Shown here piece after piece: positions 32,650-39,178 of a stretch of 39,178 bases of DNA (position 1 is the first letter of the stretch; each line of letters begins with the position of its first letter). The notes below the pieces were generated by a model. The model saw nothing but the letters and a program-made list of their open reading frames with translations, was not told the DNA's origin and ran no database searches. Location: assembly GCA_016874945.1 (NCBI GenBank), contig VGSO01000001.1:1-39178 (forward strand), given 5' to 3'. Made by a program: the position numbers and the translations under genes. The DNA comes from Deltaproteobacteria bacterium. GTDB lineage: Bacteria > Desulfobacterota > Desulfobaccia > Desulfobaccales > 0-14-0-80-60-11.

Positions 32650-32691
32650 ATAGGCATAAATGCCTATTTTGAGGATAGACAATCTGTCTAT
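32650..32691. promoter_or_regulatory. Two adjacent perfect palindromes: ATAGGCA-taaa-TGCCTAT (32650-32667) and ATAGACA-atc-TGTCTAT (32675-32691)
   Basis: Direct reading. The half-site consensus is ATAGRYA. Confidence 0.6.
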
Positions 32692-32861
32692 TGGGAAGAG
32701 GCCACCGACTATCCGGCGGTTGAGAAAATCCTGAACGATGCAGGAAATCTATGAAGTAATTGCAACAACTGGATTCTGCGCTTTGGTCAGAATGGCAAAT
32801 TCACACAAATAGAAATTTATCAACGGCCTGACAGAATCCATAATCCCTCGCTACTCTCTTG

Positions 32862-33476
32862 CTATCGGACCAGCCGCCAGGCCACCCAGGTGAAACTCCC
32901 CTCGGGGGGCATCTCGATAACCCATTCATCTTGAGTGGCGCGGCGCCTCCGGGACCAGCCCATTTTCCGGTAAAGGGTTAGGAGCTCTTCCTCCTGGGTG
33001 TCCTTGAAACCGGAAAGGATCAAGGCGGCCCCCGGCGCGGCCAATCGGGACAGTTCCGCGGCTTTGGCCAACTGCACCGGGAGGGGCAGGTTGGCCATGA
33101 TCAGCGGGAAACTGCCTTTGATGGCCTCGGTGGACCCCTGGACCACGGGAACCTGTCTTTCCAACCCATTCCTCCGGGCATTGTCCCGGGAGACCTGCAC
33201 CGCTTGCGAGCTAAGATCCACTCCCACGCAGAAGGGAGCGCCCAGGGCCGCGGCGGCCAGGGCCAGGATGCCGGAGCCGCACCCCACGTCCAGGACCGGG
33301 GCGCCGGGGTGTTCGGTCAAAGTTGCGGCCAGCAGTTGCAGGCAAAGGCGGGTGGTGGGGTGGCTGGGCGGAAAGACCTGGGGCGCTTGCAGCACCAGGA
33401 CCCGCTCGCCCCGGCGGGGAAAGTATGGCCGCCAGGGAGAGCGCAGCACCAGGCCGGGGGTGAGGCGGTGGAACAT
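32862..33476 (-). CDS. PrmA-like class I SAM methyltransferase (ribosomal protein L11 methyltransferase family) lacking the usual N-terminal domain
   Basis: HPTTRLCLQLL, VLDVGCGSGILALAAAALGA and VGVDLSSQAVQVSRDNARRNGL are present. At 204 aa it is short of the roughly 290 aa typical for PrmA. No clear SD. Confidence 0.7.
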   Translation of the reverse strand: MFHRLTPGLVLRSPWRPYFPRRGERVLVLQAPQVFPPSHPTTRLCLQLLAATLTEHPGAPVLDVGCGSGILALAAAALGAPFCVGVDLSSQAVQVSRDNARRNGLERQVPVVQGSTEAIKGSFPLIMANLPLPVQLAKAAELSRLAAPGAALILSGFKDTQEEELLTLYRKMGWSRRRRATQDEWVIEMPPEGSFTWVAWRLVR

Positions 33477-33548
33477 GGGGGCACTTTAGCACAACATGGG
33501 GGGATTTGCTATTTGGGCTTATGTTGTGGGTTGGCTTCTGGCGTTGAC

Positions 33549-33594
33549 TCAATTCCTGACGCCAAGACGCGAAGGATTAAAGATGCAAGGAAAG
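33549..33594. repeat. Copy B of the dispersed ~40-nt element (tcaattcctgacgccaagacgcgaagg..atgcaaggaaag)
   Basis: It aligns with 5762-5799 with a 7-nt insertion. Confidence 0.6.
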
Positions 33595-33702
33595 TCGCCA
33601 AGGGCCTTGACCGTGCTTAGCTTTTTGGGTAAGAATAGACGCATTGGGAAAAGCCCCTGATTATTCATGACTTATTTATATGTAGGTTTATTATCATTTC
33701 AA

Positions 33703-34182
33703 ATGGAAAAGATTTTACTAACCCGGGCCGGTTATGAGAACCTTCTCCAGGAACTGGACCTGTTGAGCCAGGTGGAGCGGCCCCAGATTGTCCAGGAATT
33801 GCAGGAAGCCGCCCATGGCGGCCGGCTGGAGAAGAATCCGGACTACCAATCGGCCCTGGCCCAGCGGCAGAAAGTGGACCGCCGCATCCGGCACATCCAG
33901 CAGATACTGGCCAACGCCGAAGTCCTGGTGGGCAGCAACGTCAATCCTACCCGGGTGGGATTCAACTGCCGGGTCCGGGTCCGGAACCTGGGCGCCGGCC
34001 AGGAGAAGGAATTCAAGATAGTCAGCGCGGTGGAGGCGGACGCGGCCCGGGGTCTCATCTCCAAGACCGCGCCTCTGGGCCGGGCTTTGCTGGGCCGGGG
34101 TCCGGGCGAGCGGGTTACGGTCAAGACGCCTGGAGGGTTCCGGACGTACCAGATCCTGACCATTGAGATGGAAGAGCTGTGA
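33703..34182 (+). CDS. greA: Transcription elongation factor GreA
   Basis: MEKILLTRAGYENLLQELDLL forms the coiled-coil N-domain, and the C-terminal domain has ISKTAPLGRALLGRGPGERV. ATG at 33703 is preferred over 33667. Confidence 0.88.
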   Translation: MEKILLTRAGYENLLQELDLLSQVERPQIVQELQEAAHGGRLEKNPDYQSALAQRQKVDRRIRHIQQILANAEVLVGSNVNPTRVGFNCRVRVRNLGAGQEKEFKIVSAVEADAARGLISKTAPLGRALLGRGPGERVTVKTPGGFRTYQILTIEMEEL

Positions 34183-34186
34183 GGCC

Positions 34187-34291
34187 GGTTTCAGGGGTCA
34201 GGTTTCAGGTTTCAGGTTTCAGGTTTCAGGTTTTAGGTTTCAGGTTTTAGGTTTTAGGTTTCAGGTTTCAGGTCTTAGGTTTCAGGTTTTA
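34187..34291. repeat. 15-unit tandem heptamer array (GGTTTCA / GGTTTTA, with GGGGTCA and GGTCTTA variants)
   Basis: Direct reading. It starts 5 nt after the greA stop. The 34163..34366 ORF in the track is a translation artefact of this array. Confidence 0.95.
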
Positions 34292-34534
34292 GTTAAAAGA
34301 AATCAGCTATTTAAATCTATAAAAATCAATAATGTAGAACAGCCGCCCGCGTCTGTTCAATATTAGTTCAACCGTCAGGTGGAGCTTTCTGGCCGATTTT
34401 TGAAAATCTCAGTTTGCCGCTTGTAGATAAAACGATGAGTATAATCGTTTAATTTAACATGAGAGTTGCAGTATTTGAAATTGCAAAAAATAAGCCACAT
34501 AATAAGTTTTAGAAACTTCGGAGAGACAACTAGG

Positions 34535-35476
34535 TTGAACGACCACACTCACTCCCATCCCCACCCCCACCGCCTGAGCAGCCGCCGCCGCCTGGCCGTG
34601 GCCTTTTGGACCCAGGCCGCGTTTTTCGTGGTGGAGCTGGTGGGGGGGCTGCTTACCAACAGTCTGGCTTTGCTGGCGGATGCGGGCCACATGCTCAGCG
34701 ACGTGGGGGCCTTGGGCCTAAGCCTCCTGGCTCTGCACTGGGCCGGCAAGCCGCCCACTCTCCGCAAGACCTACGGCTACCACCGCCTGGAAATTTTGGT
34801 GGCGCTGGTCAACGGCCTCATCTTGTGGGGCATGGCGGCCTACATACTTTACGAGGCCTATCTGCGGTTTTATCAGCCGCCGGCCATCAGCGGCTTTCCC
34901 ATGCTGATCATCGCCTCCCTGGGGCTCCTGGTGAACCTCCTGGGAATGTTCGTCCTTTTCCCCCACCGGGAGCACAGCATAAATATCCGTTCCGCGTTTC
35001 TCCATCTGCTGGCCGACTCCCTGGGTTCGGTGGCAGCCATCGCCGCCGGCGCGGCCATCCTGTGGCAAGGCTGGTACTGGTTCGACCCCCTGGCCGGCGC
35101 GGTGGTGGGGGTGATGATCATCGTGGGAAGCTGGCAACTGGTCTGGGAGGCCGGGGATATTTTGCTGGAAGCTACACCCAAACATATCGACCTGGGGCAG
35201 GTGCAGGCGGCCCTGGAAGCCCATCCCGGAGTGTCCCACGTGCACGATCTCCACGTGTGGACCATCGCGTCGGGCATTTATGCCCTGAGCGTGCATGTGG
35301 GGGTGGACGGCCGGAATGACCGGGACTGCCTCACCCGGGAGCTGGAAGAATTGGTGCGGCAGCGCTTCGGACTGGAACATGCCACCATCCAGACGGAAGG
35401 CCCGGATTATCAAAATCCCCGGGTATGCCCGTTGCATCCCCTAGCAGAAGCAAACTCCAAGCACCACCACGATTGA
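34535..35476 (+). CDS. Cation diffusion facilitator (CzcD/ZitB-type Zn/Co/Cd efflux)
   Basis: An N-terminal His-rich segment (HTHSHPHPH) is present, with the TM2 motif LLADAGHMLSD, the TM5 motif HLLADSLGS and a C-terminal His tail. There is no in-frame ATG before TM1. TTG at 34535 has GGAGAG 9 nt upstream, and the alternative at 34466 is also TTG. Confidence 0.88.
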   Translation: MNDHTHSHPHPHRLSSRRRLAVAFWTQAAFFVVELVGGLLTNSLALLADAGHMLSDVGALGLSLLALHWAGKPPTLRKTYGYHRLEILVALVNGLILWGMAAYILYEAYLRFYQPPAISGFPMLIIASLGLLVNLLGMFVLFPHREHSINIRSAFLHLLADSLGSVAAIAAGAAILWQGWYWFDPLAGAVVGVMIIVGSWQLVWEAGDILLEATPKHIDLGQVQAALEAHPGVSHVHDLHVWTIASGIYALSVHVGVDGRNDRDCLTRELEELVRQRFGLEHATIQTEGPDYQNPRVCPLHPLAEANSKHHHD

Positions 35477-35496
35477 CCTGTAGCTGAGGAGGAGAC

Positions 35497-37944
35497 ATGT
35501 CTCAAAGCACGTGGGAATTGAAGCCGGAAAATCTGCGCGCCGTTTGTGACCCGGATTCTTTGGGATTCGAAACCACCCTGGACCTCACCCCCTTGAAAGA
35601 GAAAGTGGTGGGCCAGGATCGGGCAGTGACCGCGCTGGAGTTCGGCCTGGGGATCAAGGACCTGGAATATAATATCTTCGTGGCCGGGCCGCCCCGGGCC
35701 AATAAGACGGAAACCATCATGGCCTATGTGTCCGAGCTGGCCGCGGGCATGCCGGTGCCGCCGGATTATATCTATGTTCACAACTTCAAAGACGGGGACC
35801 GTCCCCAGGCCCTGAGCCTGCCCGCGGGCCAGGGCCGGGTTCTAAAGGCGGACATGGAGGATCTCATCGCCACCCTGCGGGTGCGGATCCCCGAAGTCTT
35901 CGAGAGCGAAGATTACTCCAGCCGGCGGGAATCCCTGGTGCACGGCTTTACCCAGGAACGCAACGCCATCCTTCAGGAACTGGACGCCAAGGCCACCGAG
36001 GAGGGCTTTATCCTCAACATCTCCCCCACGGGCTTGATGATTTTCCCGGGACGGGAGGGCAAACCCATGAGCGAGGAAGAGCTCAAGGCCCTGAATGACG
36101 AGGAACGGGAAGCCCTGCGCACCAAGTCCAGCGCCCTGCACACGGAGATGAATGAAGCCATCCGCCGCATCCGCAAGATGGAAAAAGAGTTTCAGGAGAA
36201 GGAAAAGAAGTTGGACCAGGACGTGGCCCTGTACGTGGTGGGCCATCTCATGGAAGAATTGCGGGAAAAATACAAGAACTTGCGCCAGGTTCTGGAGTAC
36301 TTTAAGGAGGTGCAAGAGGAGATTCTCAAAAATATCGATGAGCTGAAGCGCCGCCCCGGCGCGCCCACCCCTTTTCCCTTTCCCACCCCGGAGCCGACGT
36401 TCACCCAGTACCAGGTGAACGTGCTGGTGGATAACTCGAAGACCAAAGGCGCGCCGGTAATCCTGGAGGGCAACCCCACCTATCCCAATATCTTCGGCGC
36501 GGTGGAACGCCGGGCCCAGTTTGGCGCCCTGGTCACCGACTTTACCCTGATCCGCCCCGGGTCTCTGCACCGGGCCAATGGGGGGTTCCTGATCCTGGAA
36601 GCCCTGCCCCTGCTCCGCTGGTATTTCTCTTACGAGGCATTGAAGCGCTGCCTCAAGGATGGAGAGATCAAGATCGAAGACCTGGCGGAGCAAATCGGCC
36701 TCATCAGCACCCGGGCCTTGCAGGCCCAGCCAATCTCCCTGGACATCAAGGTCATTATCATCGGCGATCCTTATATTTATCAGCTTCTTTATATTTACGA
36801 CGAAGACTTCACCAAGCTCTTCAAGATCAAGGCCCACTTCGACTGGCGGATGCGCCGGACCGACGACCACGTGGAGAAGTTCTCCGCCCTGGTGGCGGGC
36901 TACTGTCAGGAGCACAAACTGATGCCGGTGCACAAAACCGGCATGGCCCGCCTGGTGGAATACGCCGGGGAACTGGCCGGCCACTCCAAGAAGCTCACCC
37001 TGCAGCTCAAGGAGGTCCTGGACGTCCTCAAGGAAGCCAATTTCTGGGCCCGGAGCAACACCCATGAAGTCATTTTCGGCTCCGACGTGGAGAAGGCCAT
37101 CCGGGAAAAGATTTACCGCTCCGACCTGCCGGAAGAAAAGATGCAGGAGTTCATCGACGAAGGCATGCTCTTTATCGAAACCGCCGGCGATGTGGTGGGG
37201 CAGGTTAACGGCCTGTCGGTTTACATGCTGGGGGACCATGCCTTTGCCCGCCCCAGCCGCATCACCGCCACTGTCTCCCTGGGCAAAGAAGGGGTGGTGG
37301 CCATCGACCGGGAGGCCCAACTGGCCGGGAACATCCATAACAAGGGGGTATTGATCCTATCAAGCTATCTCCGGAGCCGCTTCGCCCAGGACAAGCCGCT
37401 GACGTTGTCCGCCAGCCTCACCTTTGAGCAGAGTTACGGCATGGTGGAAGGGGACAGCGCCTCCTGCGCCGAATTAATCGCCCTCCTGTCAGTCCTGGCC
37501 GAGGCGCCTCTCAAGCAGAACATCGCCCTCACCGGCTCCGTGAGCCAGCGGGGCGAGGTGCAGCCCATCGGCGGGGTAACCTGGAAGGTCGAAGGCTTCT
37601 ACAAGGTCTGCAAAGCCCGGGGGCTGGACGGCGTCCAGGGGGTCGTCATCCCCAAGGTCAACGTCCAGGACCTGATGTTGGACCGGGAGGTGGTGGACGC
37701 GGTCAAGGAAGGCAAGTTCCACGTCTGGGCCGTGGGCCACGCGGACGAGGCTCTGGAACTCTTAACCGGCCTGCCCGCGGGAAAGCGCCTGGAGGATGGG
37801 ACTTGGGAACCGGACACCGTCAACTTTAAAGTGGACCAAAAACTGCGTCAGATAATGGAACTGGCCCGGGAGCTGATGAAGGGCGAGGAGGAAAAGAAGA
37901 GTCCCAGCCCGCCGCCGGCGTCTTGTCCGGAGTGCGGCAAGTAA
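35497..37944 (+). CDS. Lon-like protease of the LonC/LonB-like type, with an AAA-like domain carrying a long helical insertion
   Basis: SD GAGGAGGAG is present. The P-loop is GPPRANKT (35686-35709) and the Walker-B region is GGFLILEA. A coiled-coil-like insert spans about residues 115-300. The S16 protease Ser motif GDSAS lies at 37450-37464 and the Lys in IGGVTWK. The protein ends with CPECGK. Confidence 0.88.
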   Translation: MSQSTWELKPENLRAVCDPDSLGFETTLDLTPLKEKVVGQDRAVTALEFGLGIKDLEYNIFVAGPPRANKTETIMAYVSELAAGMPVPPDYIYVHNFKDGDRPQALSLPAGQGRVLKADMEDLIATLRVRIPEVFESEDYSSRRESLVHGFTQERNAILQELDAKATEEGFILNISPTGLMIFPGREGKPMSEEELKALNDEEREALRTKSSALHTEMNEAIRRIRKMEKEFQEKEKKLDQDVALYVVGHLMEELREKYKNLRQVLEYFKEVQEEILKNIDELKRRPGAPTPFPFPTPEPTFTQYQVNVLVDNSKTKGAPVILEGNPTYPNIFGAVERRAQFGALVTDFTLIRPGSLHRANGGFLILEALPLLRWYFSYEALKRCLKDGEIKIEDLAEQIGLISTRALQAQPISLDIKVIIIGDPYIYQLLYIYDEDFTKLFKIKAHFDWRMRRTDDHVEKFSALVAGYCQEHKLMPVHKTGMARLVEYAGELAGHSKKLTLQLKEVLDVLKEANFWARSNTHEVIFGSDVEKAIREKIYRSDLPEEKMQEFIDEGMLFIETAGDVVGQVNGLSVYMLGDHAFARPSRITATVSLGKEGVVAIDREAQLAGNIHNKGVLILSSYLRSRFAQDKPLTLSASLTFEQSYGMVEGDSASCAELIALLSVLAEAPLKQNIALTGSVSQRGEVQPIGGVTWKVEGFYKVCKARGLDGVQGVVIPKVNVQDLMLDREVVDAVKEGKFHVWAVGHADEALELLTGLPAGKRLEDGTWEPDTVNFKVDQKLRQIMELARELMKGEEEKKSPSPPPASCPECGK

Positions 37945-38053
37945 TGCAAGCAGTCAGCAGTCAGCTAGAGAAAAACATGATAAAAGGGTGATTCCCCTGG
38001 CTACTGGCAGCCGGCGGCTGGCTGCCAAAACACTTTCGGAGGTATGCTCATTC

Positions 38054-38821
38054 ATGAAACCGGCCAGGTTTCTTCTATCATGCGCCGTTTTCCTGGCAGT
38101 ATCCGCCTGTCCCCTGTTCGCCGCGGCCCCTGGAGGGCCGGGGCTCTCCGCCGACGAAGCCCTGAAGCTGCTCAAAGACGGCAACGCCCGCTATGTGGAG
38201 GGCAAGGCCCAGCATCCCAACCAGACCCGGGAGCGCCGGGCCTTGACCGCCGGCCAGGGCCAGAAGCCCTTTGCCTCGGTGCTTTCCTGCTCCGATTCCC
38301 GGGCGCCGGTGGAAATTCTCTTCGACCGGGGCGTGGGTGACATTTTAGTAAGCCGGGTGCCCGGCAACGTCGTCGGGGTGAATGAAATGGGCGCCATGGA
38401 ATACGGAGTGGAGTATCTTAGTACACCCCTGGTGCTGGTCCTGGGCCACAGCCAGTGCGGCGCGGTCTCTGCAGTGGTGGAAGGGGTCAAGTTGCCCGGC
38501 CACATGGCGGCCCCGGTGAAGCCCATCCAGCCGGCGGTGAGCAGGGCCAAGGCCGATAACCCCGGGGTTTCCGGCGAAGCCCTGGTGAATGCGGCCGTCA
38601 AGGCCAATGTCTTCCAGGCCATGGAAGATCTGCTGCAGAAAAGCAGCATCATCAAAGGCAAAGTGAAGGCGGGGAAGGCCCGGGTCATGGGCGCCCTTTA
38701 CGAGCTGGACACCGGCCAGGTGCAATGGCTGGGGTCCCATCCCAACCAGGACAAACTGTTGGGCCTGCCCAAACCGGGTAAGCCGGCGCCCGCGAAGAAA
38801 AAAGGGAGGGATAGGGAATAG
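38054..38821 (+). CDS. Beta-class carbonic anhydrase with a signal peptide/lipobox
   Basis: CSDSR and HSQCG zinc-ligand motifs are present. ATG at 38054 (MKPARFLLSCAVFLAVSAC) has GGAGG 11 nt upstream. Confidence 0.88.
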   Translation: MKPARFLLSCAVFLAVSACPLFAAAPGGPGLSADEALKLLKDGNARYVEGKAQHPNQTRERRALTAGQGQKPFASVLSCSDSRAPVEILFDRGVGDILVSRVPGNVVGVNEMGAMEYGVEYLSTPLVLVLGHSQCGAVSAVVEGVKLPGHMAAPVKPIQPAVSRAKADNPGVSGEALVNAAVKANVFQAMEDLLQKSSIIKGKVKAGKARVMGALYELDTGQVQWLGSHPNQDKLLGLPKPGKPAPAKKKGRDRE

Positions 38822-38897
38822 GGATTAGGTTTCAGGTTTCAGGTTTTAGGTTTTAGGTTTTTTACCGTTTTCGGTTTTCGGTCTTCGGTTTTCGGTT
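38822..38897. repeat. Compound heptamer array: GGTTTCA x2, GGTTTTA x2, GGTTTTT, then CGGTTTT CGGTCTT CGGTTTT CGGTT
   Basis: It starts at the base after the carbonic anhydrase stop. It combines the family seen at 34187 with the family seen at 5066-5141. Confidence 0.9.
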
Positions 38898-38965
38898 AAA
38901 ATAAATAAGATTTATCAATAAGTTACAGGTTGAGTTTGTTGCACCTGAAAGCGGACACGGTATTA

Positions 38966-38993
38966 GGGGTCAGGTTTCAGGTTTTAAGGTCAG
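38966..38993. repeat. Short heptamer array GGGGTCA GGTTTCA GGTTTTA AGGTCAG
   Basis: It has the same GGGGTCAGGTTTCAGGTTT opening as 34194-34212. Confidence 0.8.
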
Positions 38994-39083
38994 AGACCAG
39001 GATTGTTGGCTATTAATGGATATAAGCCCCTATCACTACAACGTTAATTACCCGCCTGCTTCAGTACAACCCTTTGTATTTAT

Positions 39084-39139
39084 TGTCATTCTGAGCGCAG
39101 CGAAGAATCTAGACCCTTCGCCTACGGCTCAGGGTGACA
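39084..39139. repeat. Extended hairpin element TGTCATTCTGAGC-GCAGCGAAG...CTTCGC-...GCTCAGGGTGACA
   Basis: The outer 13-nt arms pair with two G-U positions and the inner GCGAAG/CTTCGC pair is perfect. The motif GTCATTCTGAGCG.AGCGAAGAATC looks to me like a dispersed repeat recurring in many bacterial genomes, but that is memory, not verified. Confidence 0.55.
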
Positions 39140-39178
39140 TAACTGATTGTCAGTAATATCCAATGGTTGTCCTATCAT

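Noticed and set aside
32401-32653. ORFs of 67 and 79 aa on the plus strand in the MCO upstream region.
   Set aside because: They have no SD (the ATG is preceded by ttttag) and odd composition (Trp/Cys/Pro-rich). They are bracketed by operator palindromes, so regulatory or structured non-coding DNA is more likely. They are kept only as part of the leader finding.
34187-34291. Whether the repeat arrays could be CRISPR arrays.
   Set aside because: The units are 7 nt and contiguous with no spacers, and no cas genes are present. This is not CRISPR.
34163-34366. A 67-aa ORF reading FRGQVSGFRFQVSGFRFQVLGFRFQ...
   Set aside because: It is purely the translation of the GGTTTCA heptamer array and overlaps the greA stop, so it is an artefact.
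1-39178. A by-eye search for tRNA, rRNA, tmRNA, RNase P RNA and known riboswitch cores in the non-coding stretches (2566-3057, 17087-17447, 24870-25231, 32144-32861, 38822-39178).
   Set aside because: No cloverleaf-compatible segments or conserved cores (for example GAGGAAAGTCCGG, the B12 box or a tmRNA tag region) were recognised. A covariance-model scan would be needed to exclude them.

Overview
GC-rich (about 55-60%) bacterial chromosomal window of Gram-negative type (Wza/Wzc export, lipoboxes, Tat signal), with no rRNA, tRNA, CRISPR or transposase visible. All calls rest on motif reading by eye, with no database search. There are four blocks. (1) 1-6.9 kb is housekeeping: rimO, a long-chain polyprenyl synthase, a secreted Gly-rich repeat protein, an MBL hydrolase, a rubrerythrin-like protein and a NUDIX CoA pyrophosphatase. 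(2) 7.06-24.98 kb is one minus-strand Wzx/Wzy-type exopolysaccharide operon. It runs wza-wzc-CysD/CysH-like-wzx-sulfatase-like-MT-GT4-MT-polytopic membrane protein-DUF4091-like-GT4-acetyltransferase relic-priming sugar transferase-sulfotransferase. Many stop/start junctions are coupled and GC content is strongly mosaic, which suggests a sulfated and methylated EPS. (3) 25.2-32.7 kb is a minus-strand secreted Cu/haem redox cluster and the best candidate for something new. It holds two adjacent multicopper-oxidase-like proteins whose copper-ligand motifs are complementary, so that one full T1 site and eight trinuclear-cluster His exist only when both are summed. Only one of the two has a Tat signal. 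They sit beside an orphan secreted 419-aa protein and an oversized dihaem cytochrome c peroxidase, and a shared family of ATAGRYA palindromes plus phased direct repeats lies in the flanking non-coding DNA. (4) 32.8-38.8 kb holds a PrmA-like methyltransferase, greA, a CDF transporter, a LonC-like protease and a lipoprotein beta-carbonic anhydrase. Phase-conserved tandem heptanucleotide arrays from a few recurring families occupy at least five intergenic sites across the window.
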